DNA from: a virus
Lineage: Duplodnaviria > Caudoviricetes
Length of the DNA stretch: 35,027 nucleotides
Reading direction: 5' to 3' (one strand)
IMG/VR virus record: IMGVR_UViG_3300016472_000211
Location: 1-35,027 of that record
Each line of letters starts with the position of its first letter. The stretch's first letter is position 1. A program made the translations under genes and the position numbers. Shown in pieces: positions 25,442-34,024 of this stretch. Below the pieces are notes generated by a model. It saw only the letters and a program-made list of their open reading frames with translations, made no database searches and was not told where the DNA came from.

Positions 25442-27045
25442 TTGGGACTCCGGATGAGGTTGAGTTTTGCGTTGGCCTCGGCGGCCTGCGCCGCGCGGGG
25501 GTCAGTCTCGGTGCGGGCGGCATGTCCGACCACCTGGGTCGGTCGCGTCGCCGGGATGTGGCTCAGGACCAGCGCACGGTGCTCAGGGGCCATCGACAGC
25601 AGCGCCTGACGCGCCTCGGTCGTGATGATCTTGCCCGCCAGCTCGGCCGCGTCGACCTCGGCGACCGCAGCGACGCGAGCCGCCTCGGCCTCCAGGGCTG
25701 CGACACGAGCCGCCAGCGTGGCGGCGCTCTCTGCCTGTGCGCGGTACGTGTCTCTCTCCAGCGCGAGCGCGTCACGCTCGGCTCGGACGCTGGCGATCTG
25801 GTCGAGCAGCGTGTCACGCTCTCGGGTCAGCGCCAGCACGTCGCCCACGATGGGGGCCTGCTGCTGTGCCATGTCGGCACCTCCTGTGAGGCTCGTGGCC
25901 TCGGCTGCGGCGCGTGACAGCGCCAGTGGATCGAGCGAGTCCTGGCGAGGCGTCGCAGTGAGCGACACGCTGTGCAGGATGCGGCCCGGCATGTCAGCGC
26001 CCGTGCGAGGGTCGCGCGGCGCGCCGAGCAGCGTGGGGCTCAGGTAGTAGACGCCGGGGTTAGCGGCGAGCAGGGCTGCGCCTGCATCGGTCCACTCGGG
26101 CGTGCCGTAGAGTCCGCGACCGGGCTTGCACTCCAGCGCGGTCAGACGCCCGTACAGCGTCGGCGACTCGCCAGCCTGCGAGCGATAGAGAGCATGGCCC
26201 ATGTCGATGGGCACGCCGTAGCCGAGCGCCGATGCGCTCGTCGCGATGTCGCGGCATAGCTGCTCGGTCACGTCCAGCAGGTGCTCGCCCGTATAGGCGT
26301 CGTAGAGCGCGCCCTCGCGGAGCAGCTGCACCTGACGACCGCGGGTCAGACCCTCGACGGGCGGAGCATGCACCGGCAGCGACTCCAGCACCAGGCCACG
26401 CGCCAGCGACATCGGAGGCGACGCGATGGGCCGATAGGTCGTGACCTCCTCGACGGCCTCAGGCTCGCCGAGCACCAGTCGGCCCGACTCGTCACGCGAG
26501 TAGGTCAGCCGATAGTAGCGGTCCTCGTCCAGACCACAGACCTCGGCCACGACGCTGGACTCGTCGATCGTGTCGTCCTCGAGTCGCACCCAGCAGTTGG
26601 CCGCCTTCTCGGGCGGCACGAGGCCCATGAGCCGAGCGTGCGCCGCCGACCGCAACTCCTCGACGAACTCGCCGAGCGACTGGCCAGGAGCCGTCGCAAT
26701 GGTCATCGACATGACAGTCTCTCCTGCGGCCTCCATGCGGCCGCGCCTGGATTTCTCGCGCTCCACCCATTCGCGGCCTGGGTCGCCGCCCCACAGCAGC
26801 CACGCGGTGAGCCACGGCGTCCCGGCCGTATCGCCATCGGGCCGCGTCGCATCATGGCGAGCGAACCAGGCGGGTGCCTCGACGGTGAGCCAGCGCACCG
26901 ACTGCGCCTCACGAGCAGCGATGGAGCGCGCCCGGCGGATAGTCTCAGGCCTGAGTCCGTCGCCGCCCTGGCCCGCGTCGTACATGCGCAGCCCACGACG
27001 GACGGCAGAGGCGACGGCCTCGGATGGCACTCGGCGCAGCGGCAT
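25438..27045 (-). CDS. Capsid maturation protease (Mu I-like) fused to scaffold, with an extra N-terminal domain
   Basis: PIDMGH, PEWTDAG, YYLSP and LHSVSLTATP protease motifs; coiled-coil C-terminus; N-terminal WFARH...WLLWGGDPG domain. Confidence 0.8.
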   Translation of the reverse strand: MPLRRVPSEAVASAVRRGLRMYDAGQGGDGLRPETIRRARSIAAREAQSVRWLTVEAPAWFARHDATRPDGDTAGTPWLTAWLLWGGDPGREWVEREKSRRGRMEAAGETVMSMTIATAPGQSLGEFVEELRSAAHARLMGLVPPEKAANCWVRLEDDTIDESSVVAEVCGLDEDRYYRLTYSRDESGRLVLGEPEAVEEVTTYRPIASPPMSLARGLVLESLPVHAPPVEGLTRGRQVQLLREGALYDAYTGEHLLDVTEQLCRDIATSASALGYGVPIDMGHALYRSQAGESPTLYGRLTALECKPGRGLYGTPEWTDAGAALLAANPGVYYLSPTLLGAPRDPRTGADMPGRILHSVSLTATPRQDSLDPLALSRAAAEATSLTGGADMAQQQAPIVGDVLALTRERDTLLDQIASVRAERDALALERDTYRAQAESAATLAARVAALEAEAARVAAVAEVDAAELAGKIITTEARQALLSMAPEHRALVLSHIPATRPTQVVGHAARTETDPRAAQAAEANAKLNLIRSPK

Positions 27046-28463
27046 CAGCCCTGACCTACGACGGCAGATGGAGTCAGGATACCAGACGGCGGAATGGCAG
27101 CAGGCCGGACACGCTGACCTCGCGGTCGCGCGCTCGGGTCCTCGGCTGGCATCTCGACCGCCGCTCGCACCGCGTCGCGCACGGCGTCGTCAGGTCGGAG
27201 CAGGTCCGCAGACACGAGGCTCGGCAGGACGCTCAGATAGCGCACGAACGCCTCCGACGCGAGCCCGGCCGCCTTCATGCGCGGCATCAGCGCATCCGGC
27301 ACGTTAGGCCCGAACTGCCAGCGGACAGCGCGGCCAATGTAGCTCTGCATCCCTCGGCAGATGTCGTCATCGACCGCCTGCGCCGCATCATGCGCCGCGC
27401 TCATCTGCGTCTCAGAGAGCGAGTACGACCCCGAGGCGTTGGCGGTGCCGAGCATGAGCCATTGCGCGCTGGCCACGCTGAGGATCTGCCGGTCACGCGC
27501 GTCGATGATGGCCTGTACCTCGGCCAGGTTGCCCAGCTCTCCGCCGAACGTCGCCAGCTCAATCCATGGCGGGACCATCAGATAACTCTGGTCATGCGAG
27601 ATGTAGAGCTGCAGCGTCTGCTGGTATTTCTCCAGCTCGGCCTGTACGAACGCAGGAGTCTCGGGGTTGCCGAACTGGCGCGACACGTCGGGCAGGAGTC
27701 GAGCGACCGGCGTAGGCGTCGCCCATCGACGGACGCCCGCGATCAGCTGCTGCTGGAGCGTTACCACATCCCGGTACAGCGGCTCGACCGAGCGGAGCAT
27801 GCCCTCGCCCGAGTAATCGTCGTGCGCCACTGCGCCGCAGACGTACACCAGCAGCTGCGACGCCGGGATGACGCGGAACGTCCCATATCCAGCGGTCGGA
27901 CGCTGCTCGACTGCGGCCAGCCGCCCGTCGCCATCGACAATCCAGCGCGCAACCGAAGTCGCGTCACGCGGCAGGAGCGGCGTGTACCACACACCGCCGA
28001 CCTGTACCGGGACCATCTCCCAGACCGCGAAGCCCTCTAGGTGCGCTTGCAGCAATTGGCGCAGCACCACCTGCCACTCGGTGCCGAGCGGACTCTGCGC
28101 ACCGATACCGAGACACGCGCGGATGTGGGCGGCGTACTGCGCGGCCTGCGGCGAGTCGTCGGCTGCAGTCACGGACCAGGTCGCAATCTCGCAGAGTCCG
28201 CGCCAGGCAGTCACACCAGACTGGACGCTCCAGTGCGTCATAGCGCGCCGGAATGCGGCGATGCGGTCGGGGTTGGCCTGCAGGCGCCGATTGTGCTCGT
28301 AGGCAGAGCCGTAGATGCCCGCGCCACTGTAGCCGCCGCCGACACCCATCTCGGTGCTCGGGCGCTCAGTCGCGTCTCGCAGACGCGCGCTCTCGGCTGT
28401 GCTGACGACTCCGTACATGGGCGCAGGGTACAGCCGCGCACCCGATGCTACAAGTGGCAGCAT
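27045..28463 (-). CDS. Portal protein (Mu gp29/DUF935-like)
   Basis: GFAVWEMV, GEGMLRSV, ATPTPVA, R.RQIL, LMLG...GSYSLSET. Directly after TerL. Confidence 0.82.
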   Translation of the reverse strand: MLPLVASGARLYPAPMYGVVSTAESARLRDATERPSTEMGVGGGYSGAGIYGSAYEHNRRLQANPDRIAAFRRAMTHWSVQSGVTAWRGLCEIATWSVTAADDSPQAAQYAAHIRACLGIGAQSPLGTEWQVVLRQLLQAHLEGFAVWEMVPVQVGGVWYTPLLPRDATSVARWIVDGDGRLAAVEQRPTAGYGTFRVIPASQLLVYVCGAVAHDDYSGEGMLRSVEPLYRDVVTLQQQLIAGVRRWATPTPVARLLPDVSRQFGNPETPAFVQAELEKYQQTLQLYISHDQSYLMVPPWIELATFGGELGNLAEVQAIIDARDRQILSVASAQWLMLGTANASGSYSLSETQMSAAHDAAQAVDDDICRGMQSYIGRAVRWQFGPNVPDALMPRMKAAGLASEAFVRYLSVLPSLVSADLLRPDDAVRDAVRAAVEMPAEDPSARPRGQRVRPAAIPPSGILTPSAVVGQG

Positions 28464-28496
28464 CGATGCTGCTATCGGCAGACTATCAGCAGGCTA

Positions 28497-29909
28497 TCAA
28501 CGCGAGTCGCGCTCCTGGCCGATATGCCGTGACGGCGCAGCGCGCACCGGAGCGATGACCGACGCGAGCGCCAGCTCTGGCAGATGCCACAGCACGCGCC
28601 GCGCGCCGTATCGCAGAGCATCGACCGCGTGGTCGCTGATGCCGTCCTTCATCGGCTCCTCGCGACCCCTGACATCCCACCGATACGCGAGCAGGGACCG
28701 ATGCAGCGATCGGCCTGTCTGGTCGCGCGCGCCTTCCTCGGCGAGTCGAGACGACACCAGCAGGCGGCGGCGCTCCATCGCCAGTCGCATCCGATTCAGC
28801 GAGGCGACGACCGAGCGGCGCTCGGGGATCGTCTCGACGACCGGCCGCAGCCCGAGCCCCTCGGGCGGATGCAGCGAGATGATGTCGAGGTCCGAGTGCC
28901 CAGTCTGCGCCGATGTCGCCGCGCCAGCTGGGTCCGCGACGACCTCGTCGATGGGGATACGACCGCCAGCGATGCGACGCGGAGCGGCATCACGAGCGAT
29001 GCGCGCGCAGAACGCGCCGACCGTGATGTGCGTCCCGGTGCTGTACCACTCGCGCATGACGACCCACCGGCCGCGCTCGGCGTCCTCGGCGAGCAGGAGC
29101 GCGTGCGGGTCCCGTGCGCCGAGGTCCATCGCGAGCACAGTCCGCGTCTGCGAGTAGTCCGGTGACCAGTCGGTGAGCACGCCATCGGGAGCCAGTCGCG
29201 CGACGTACTCCTCGACGATCTGCCCCTCTGGCGCGTACTCCTCGCCATCGAGCATGGCCCGCGCGTGACGCTCAGTCATCGCCGCGCGCAGCCGCGATTC
29301 GTACTCGGGATCGTTGTGCGTGTTGTCGCGGGTCTTGGGCCGCCAGGTCAGACCGCCCGACTTCGCGGCCTCGCTGACCCACCAGGTGCTCACAGGCAGG
29401 CCCGACGCTACGACGAGCGGCGAGCACACTCGCCCGGTAAGGTCGACCGCCTGCACACGGGTCCGCTCCTGCCAGACCGTCCAGTACCGCGAGTCGATCT
29501 GCTGGCACTCGTCGGCGATGATGGCGTGCAGATTCATGCCCTCGATTGGGCTGCCACCGATGCGAGGGTCGCCGGACGTATCCAGGTGACGCAGCCGGAC
29601 GACCGAACCGGACGGCCACCGGAACTCGGTGTCGGTCGCTCGCCACTCGCCGCCTGCGCTGCGTGCCAGCGACGAGATAATCGGGAGATGGATGTCGCGC
29701 AGGCTCGGATAGGAGTCCATCACGAGCGCGATTTCTGCGCCCGGCCTGGTCGCGGCGAGCAGGCACGCAGCGGTGCCGACCAGGACCGACTTGCCCGACC
29801 CCTTGCCGCCAGCCCATGCGTAGCAGCCGCCACTCTGCCGCAAGATGCAGCGCAGAGCCTCGGCCTGCCAGGGCAACGGCTGGATGTCAGCGAGGGAGAG
29901 CGCCGCCAT
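28497..29909 (-). CDS. terL: Terminase large subunit
   Basis: PLPWQ, Walker A GGKGSGKS, Walker B IIADE, nuclease motifs AMDLG, ADPAG and DHAVDALRYG. Confidence 0.93.
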   Translation of the reverse strand: MAALSLADIQPLPWQAEALRCILRQSGGCYAWAGGKGSGKSVLVGTAACLLAATRPGAEIALVMDSYPSLRDIHLPIISSLARSAGGEWRATDTEFRWPSGSVVRLRHLDTSGDPRIGGSPIEGMNLHAIIADECQQIDSRYWTVWQERTRVQAVDLTGRVCSPLVVASGLPVSTWWVSEAAKSGGLTWRPKTRDNTHNDPEYESRLRAAMTERHARAMLDGEEYAPEGQIVEEYVARLAPDGVLTDWSPDYSQTRTVLAMDLGARDPHALLLAEDAERGRWVVMREWYSTGTHITVGAFCARIARDAAPRRIAGGRIPIDEVVADPAGAATSAQTGHSDLDIISLHPPEGLGLRPVVETIPERRSVVASLNRMRLAMERRRLLVSSRLAEEGARDQTGRSLHRSLLAYRWDVRGREEPMKDGISDHAVDALRYGARRVLWHLPELALASVIAPVRAAPSRHIGQERDSR

Positions 29910-30258
29910 GGTCTGTCAGTACCTGCATGATGAGCCACGCGACATCGATGCACTCGACAGGCGCCGTGCGTCCCTCCATGCGTCCCTGGGTCGCATACAG
30001 CGCGGCGTCGAGCAGTTCCTGCAGGCAGTCGATGTAGGCCGCCCGGCCGTTGTTGGTGCACAGTTCCGTGCCGTAGTGAGCGCGGCCTAGCTCTCGCCGA
30101 GCGCGGAGCATAGACTGCAGCTGGCGCCGCTGCTGCTCTGTCCGCTGGGTCGTGTCGACGTAGACCATGAGCGCATCGGTCACGCTGCGACCGTCGCCAG
30201 TCGGCGCTGGCTCTTCGATGGCCGCGTGTGCCACCAGGTCCCTGAGGTCACCTTCCAT
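29887..30258 (-). CDS. All-alpha NTP pyrophosphohydrolase (MazG-like) candidate
   Basis: R...G..HYG..L...NGR...D..QELLD...Y acidic helix motif; GGAG RBS. Confidence 0.55.
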   Translation of the reverse strand: MEGDLRDLVAHAAIEEPAPTGDGRSVTDALMVYVDTTQRTEQQRRQLQSMLRARRELGRAHYGTELCTNNGRAAYIDCLQELLDAALYATQGRMEGRTAPVECIDVAWLIMQVLTDHGGALPR

Positions 30259-30658
30259 CGCTGCTCCCTCCTTCGCCGGCCAGGCGCTCCAGCACAGTCC
30301 GGACGCCGTCCTGTGGACTCGGCGCGGATACCTCGACGCGGGACTCGACGCGGCGTCCGTAGTCGGCCGGGTGTCGGCGCTCGAGGAGCCACGCTGCGGC
30401 CTGCCACTGGCCACCCTCGGCTGCCTGCCTGATGACCTGCAGGGCGCGCGAGATGCAGTCCGCGTCCGCCCTTTTTAGGTCCGCCAGGAGCGCCGCAAAT
30501 GGCGCCTCGCCAGCCTCGCCACGCTGTCGCCACTCACGTAGGGTCGATGCTCCAATGCCGACAGACTGTGCAGCGGCCTCCCACGTCGCGCCCAACTCGA
30601 CCGCCTCAATGAGGCCCGACCTCACTGCCGGCCGTAGCTTAGTTGGCCTCGCCATCAT
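30248..30658 (-). CDS. Terminase small subunit-like HTH protein
   Basis: MARPTKL, HTH (AAAQSVGIGASTLREW), WQAAAWLLERR.P..YG; upstream of TerL. Confidence 0.72.
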   Translation of the reverse strand: MMARPTKLRPAVRSGLIEAVELGATWEAAAQSVGIGASTLREWRQRGEAGEAPFAALLADLKRADADCISRALQVIRQAAEGGQWQAAAWLLERRHPADYGRRVESRVEVSAPSPQDGVRTVLERLAGEGGSSDGR

Positions 30659-31050
30659 CGACCCCAGTACGTGTGCTTGATCCGACCGAGCACGCGCCGC
30701 CCACCACGAGCAGCGCATGAGCCGGGTCTATCGTATCCGCCACAGTACCATAGAGCGTCACGTGCCCACTCGGGCACGTCGAGGGTGTCGGTCACGAACC
30801 GCACGCCGAGCTCGACGTGCCGCCATGTCAGCGGCCAGCGGCAGCCGTGCGCGTGCTGACCGGGCGACCAGAGCGCGGTCCAGAGCGTGCCGTCGTAGCG
30901 CGCCCACCCGCGTCGGTCGAGCCGGGCCCGGGTGCGCACGACCTGGAGCACGACCGCGCCGTCGCGGTAGTCGCGGCCGGACTCGGCGCACGCTGTATCG
31001 GCTGCTCCGATGATGAGTAGCAGGGACTGGACGATGCCGAGCGCGGTCAT
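30655..31050 (-). CDS. SleB-like cell wall hydrolase (lytic transglycosylase)
   Basis: Signal/TM N-terminus, then AES (catalytic Glu candidate), G.AVVLQVV.TR, TL...LWSPGQH, ALWY. Confidence 0.6.
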   Translation of the reverse strand: MTALGIVQSLLLIIGAADTACAESGRDYRDGAVVLQVVRTRARLDRRGWARYDGTLWTALWSPGQHAHGCRWPLTWRHVELGVRFVTDTLDVPEWARDALWYCGGYDRPGSCAARGGRRVLGRIKHTYWGR

Positions 31051-31152
31051 GCCGTCACGACCCGGTACAGCAGCCCCAGCGCGCCGATCGCGAACACGAT
31101 ACTCATGGCTCGAACCTCCTGACGCCGCTCCCGCTCCCTGACGAGGCCATGG

Positions 31153-31422
31153 TCAGCGGCATGATGCACCTGCGTCGCTCGCATCCTCGACCGTCAGATT
31201 CACGTCGATCCACCGCATGATGGACATCCCATCGGGACGCTCTGGATTCAATTGAGCGCGCCACATGTGCGCCACAGCCCCAGCGACGATGTCCTCGCCG
31301 AAGCGCGTCCACCGCGCGAGAACGTGCCGGGCGTAGTCGTCGACCGTCACGCCGGGCTGCGAGCCCCCGGGTGCCGAGGCCATCGCGTGCGAGGCGGCGA
31401 ATGTCATGCGCTGGCGCTGCAT
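31153..31422 (-). CDS. Hypothetical protein
   Basis: Coding-like composition; start uncertain (31422 or 31407). Confidence 0.5.
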   Translation of the reverse strand: MQRQRMTFAASHAMASAPGGSQPGVTVDDYARHVLARWTRFGEDIVAGAVAHMWRAQLNPERPDGMSIMRWIDVNLTVEDASDAGASCR

Positions 31423-31432
31423 TGCCGCTTGC

Positions 31433-31642
31433 TCATGGTGCGGCCCTCTCGTCCCCGAACTTGTGCGGGCCATCGTGAAGCGCCACACGGATGCACCCGG
31501 CCTCGTCCGACTGGCGCCGATGGTCGCAGCATCGCGCGTGCTGTGGGCGCGAGATGCCGCAGGGGCCATCGTGCGCGAACTCGCGGTTGCAGATGATGGT
31601 CACCCCGTCGCCGAGGTCGATGAACTTCATGCAGTTCGCCAC
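31433..31642 (-). CDS. Small Cys/His metal-binding protein with a duplicated motif
   Basis: CNREFAHDGPC and CIRVALHDGPH; GGAGG upstream of the GTG at 31642. Confidence 0.6.
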   Translation of the reverse strand: MANCMKFIDLGDGVTIICNREFAHDGPCGISRPQHARCCDHRRQSDEAGCIRVALHDGPHKFGDERAAP

Positions 31643-31724
31643 TGCTACCCTCCCCACTGCAGCCCGCGGGCTACAAAGCTGTTGATTTCGGTGACGCGCA
31701 CCGTGCGCCGGCAGACTTCCCTAC

Positions 31725-32276
31725 TCATGGCTCGAACCACCTGACGCCAGTGAGCCGCCATCCGATGCTATCGACCTCGGACGCTCGCACCGTGCGCCGG
31801 CCGACGCGAGCCACATGCTCAGCGAGTAGGGCAGGACTGATGCGGTAGCAGTGGTCCCAGGCCTGCAGGACGATGAGCGCCAGGCCGGCGCATCCGGCGA
31901 CCAGCTGCAGCTCTCGCCACTGCCGGGGCTGGAGCGCACCGCCCTCGACGCCTCGGCCCGATGGGTCGACGCCAGAGTCCCACGAGTCCGGCCCCGAGTG
32001 CGTCTTGGCCTCCAGCGCAATGTGCCGCCCGCCACCATCGTGGCCCACGAAATCGACGCCCTGATACCCGTCCCAGGCGGCGCGGAACAGGTGTCGGCCA
32101 CGGACATCGACCGACACCCGGCCGAGCACTGAGACGGGCGCTCCGACGCGGCGCATGTACGCCACGCCGTCACGGGCAAGAGTCTGGTGGTATGCGTCGA
32201 GCCAGTCCTCCAGACGCTCACCGCGTGCTCGGGCCGCGCGACCGACCTGGCTACGATTCAGGAGCGGCAGGGTCAT
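31725..32276 (-). CDS. recU: RecU-like Holliday junction resolvase (PD-(D/E)xK)
   Basis: RGERLE, A...R...PV.V, VDFVG, ALEAK and L.P.Q...L motifs follow the RecU layout. Confidence 0.72.
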   Translation of the reverse strand: MTLPLLNRSQVGRAARARGERLEDWLDAYHQTLARDGVAYMRRVGAPVSVLGRVSVDVRGRHLFRAAWDGYQGVDFVGHDGGGRHIALEAKTHSGPDSWDSGVDPSGRGVEGGALQPRQWRELQLVAGCAGLALIVLQAWDHCYRISPALLAEHVARVGRRTVRASEVDSIGWRLTGVRWFEP

Positions 32277-32800
32277 CCGCTCACCTGCCCCGCGAGCCCG
32301 CTCAGGTCATCCCGCGCCGATACAGGCGCCCCGCTCTCGATGATTGCGCGGGCGGCATCAAGTTCGGCCTGCAGCCGCGCGGATTCGGCCCGCAGCGCGT
32401 CGCGCTCGGCCTCGGCTGCGTCCAACCGGCGGATTAGTTCATCCGTCGCATTGGGCAGCGAGTCGACCCCGGCCCGTTTCATCGCGACCAGTGTTGGCCC
32501 GATGACGCGCTCGATTTCGGCGCGGTTGTGCGCGTCGCGTGCCTCGGCCTCTTCGGCCCGGCGCTCGGCATCGCGCAGGCGCTCGTCCGCCACCGCGTCC
32601 GCCTGCGGGTAGAGGACGGTGAACGGGCCGAACTCCTCGACGTAGCTGATCGGTAAGGCGTCGGCGCCGCGCGTGTCGTCGTCGCCACTGACATCACACG
32701 ACGGGTCGTACAGCACCCGCGCCTTTTCCGTTCCCCGCAGCCAAATCGCCCCGTCACGGTCGGCGAGCACATCGCCGAGCTTTCCGTCTCGGATGTTCAT
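32273..32800 (-). CDS. Hypothetical protein with coiled-coil C-terminus
   Basis: GDVLADRDG.IW...FGPFTVL N-terminal domain; GAGG RBS. Confidence 0.65.
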   Translation of the reverse strand: MNIRDGKLGDVLADRDGAIWLRGTEKARVLYDPSCDVSGDDDTRGADALPISYVEEFGPFTVLYPQADAVADERLRDAERRAEEAEARDAHNRAEIERVIGPTLVAMKRAGVDSLPNATDELIRRLDAAEAERDALRAESARLQAELDAARAIIESGAPVSARDDLSGLAGQVSG

Positions 32801-32844
32801 GCAGCCTCGCTTTCGTTGCCGACCTGCCGGACCGCCCTGATCAC

Positions 32845-32871
32845 GCACGGCCGCCCCGTTTCGGCCTGTCA
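32845..32871 (-). other. Decayed or partial third copy of the type II hammerhead
   Basis: Directly after a stop codon: ACAGGCCGAAACGGGGC (17 nt) is identical to the 5' part of HHR3/HHR4, but no CUGANGA follows. Confidence 0.55.
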
Positions 32872-33084
32872 AAAGTCAGCGCACTCGACGACCGCGCGCA
32901 GCGCGGCCCGTGCGGCGTCGTCGTCCTCGAATCCCTCGACCTCGGTCCCGCGGCCCGTGTTCCTGATGACAACGTCTGCTTCGGGGAACTCGGCGATGAT
33001 GGCATCCTCGAGCGCTTCCACGTTGGCGCCGTCGTTCAGAGTGTCGAGGTCGATACGGATGGTCTTGTTGCTCTTGGTCTGCAT
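32869..33084 (-). CDS. Small acidic hypothetical protein (71 aa)
   Basis: Asp/Glu-rich; starts 50 nt downstream of the HHR3 cut site. Confidence 0.7.
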   Translation of the reverse strand: MQTKSNKTIRIDLDTLNDGANVEALEDAIIAEFPEADVVIRNTGRGTEVEGFEDDDAARAALRAVVECADF

Positions 33085-33105
33085 GGTGATTTCTTTCTTG
33101 GCTGT

Positions 33106-33156
33106 GGCCATCATCAGGCGCCGCATCACGGCGCGACGGGTTGCCCCGTTTCGGCC
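33106..33156 (-). ncRNA. Hammerhead ribozyme, type II (HHR3)
   Basis: Minus strand: GGCC-GAAA-CGGG-GCAA-CCCG-UC / GCGCCG-UGAUG-CGGCGC-CUGAUGA-U-GGCC. GUC triplet, cut after C at 33135; extra U between A9 and G10.1. Confidence 0.85.
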
Positions 33157-33158
33157 TG

Positions 33159-33341
33159 TTACATCCCGACGTGGGCCGCGACGATGTCCGTGATCATGCG
33201 CCGCGCGTCAGAATTGGTGAAATAGTGCAGCACGAGCTGCATATCGTCGGCCTTGTCAGGCTCTCCAGCCGCGCGGAGAGCCTTGATGCGGAGTTTCATC
33301 GTAGCCTTGAGGGCGGGAGGCATCGTCGGCTGCTTGTTCAT
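33159..33341 (-). CDS. Small hypothetical protein (60 aa)
   Basis: AAGGA upstream; its TAA lies 2 nt before HHR3. Confidence 0.7.
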   Translation of the reverse strand: MNKQPTMPPALKATMKLRIKALRAAGEPDKADDMQLVLHYFTNSDARRMITDIVAAHVGM

Positions 33342-33362
33342 CGTCCTTGCCTTTCGTCGGTG

Positions 33363-33430
33363 GGCGCTTCGTGCGCCGTTCATGTGCAAAGAATACCCGG
33401 GCCCTTCATCAAAGACAACAAGAAATTGTC
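33363..33430 (-). promoter_or_regulatory. Promoter cassette B: operator, sigma70 promoter, leader hairpin
   Basis: GACAA-N7-TTGTC (33414-33430); TTGTCT (33418-13), 17 nt, TATTCT (33395-90); hairpin GGCGC-ACGAA-GCGCC (33377-63). Confidence 0.75.
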
Positions 33431-33446
33431 ATGCCGGATACGATTC

Positions 33447-33659
33447 CTACTCACCCAATTCCGGCAGGACTTCCGCAATCCTCGCGGCGAGCTGCGGCGG
33501 CATCGGACGGATGCCGTTGACCGTCCGGTGCAGGTTGCCCTTGTCCATGCCGAGGGCCGCTGCAAGGTCGGAGAGGCTGCGCGGCCCGGGGCTCTGCGCG
33601 GTCTTGCGGGCGCTGAGGGCTTCGGCGATGCGCTGGGCCAGGGTCGGGTGGTCGGTCAT
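33447..33659 (-). CDS. XRE-family HTH regulator
   Basis: SLSDLAAALGMDKGNLHRTVNGIRPMP...RIAEVL. Confidence 0.82.
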   Translation of the reverse strand: MTDHPTLAQRIAEALSARKTAQSPGPRSLSDLAAALGMDKGNLHRTVNGIRPMPPQLAARIAEVLPELGE

Positions 33660-34024
33660 GCGTCTGCCGCGCCGGTCCAGTCGCCGCACTCATGGCAGTG
33701 CGTGTCCTCGGGGCCAAAGAACCGATGTCCGCCCTTGGCGCAGTTCCACCCATCATCGACTACCCACGCGGCCGCCGCGTTGAAGTGGCAGCACGGGTCT
33801 TCGCCGGTGCCCGACAGAAGACCGCCATCGGCCAGCGTGTCCCATTCTCCGGGCACTACCAGTCCCAGCCGGGACGCGGCCGTCCACGGGGTTTCGCCGT
33901 TGCGCGTCTCGACGTCGATTTGCACTGCAGTTCCGGTCGGGCCGAACGCCTCTGCGCCGTCCGCGTCCGCGTTGCAGGTCATCCAAAGGCTGCCGTGGCT
34001 GTCGAAGAAGTAGGTTTCCATCAT
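33656..34024 (-). CDS. Hypothetical protein with C-terminal Cys/His finger
   Basis: AGGAGG RBS; CAKGGH...CHECG. Confidence 0.7.
   Translation of the reverse strand: MMETYFFDSHGSLWMTCNADADGAEAFGPTGTAVQIDVETRNGETPWTAASRLGLVVPGEWDTLADGGLLSGTGEDPCCHFNAAAAWVVDDGWNCAKGGHRFFGPEDTHCHECGDWTGAADA

Noticed and set aside
18886-25609. Long + strand ORFs (18886..20739, 23975..25609; likewise 2140..3705 minus, 10763..12013, 27024..28040, 33141..34013)
   Set aside because: Antisense shadows of real genes in high-GC DNA; Arg/Gly-rich with no recognisable motifs.
31138-31160. CUGACGA-GGCC-AU-GGUC on the + strand (also CUGAAGA at 5561)
   Set aside because: Neither continues into stem II, GAAA and stem III; the 31138 hit is antisense to the operon and the 5561 hit is ordinary coding sequence.
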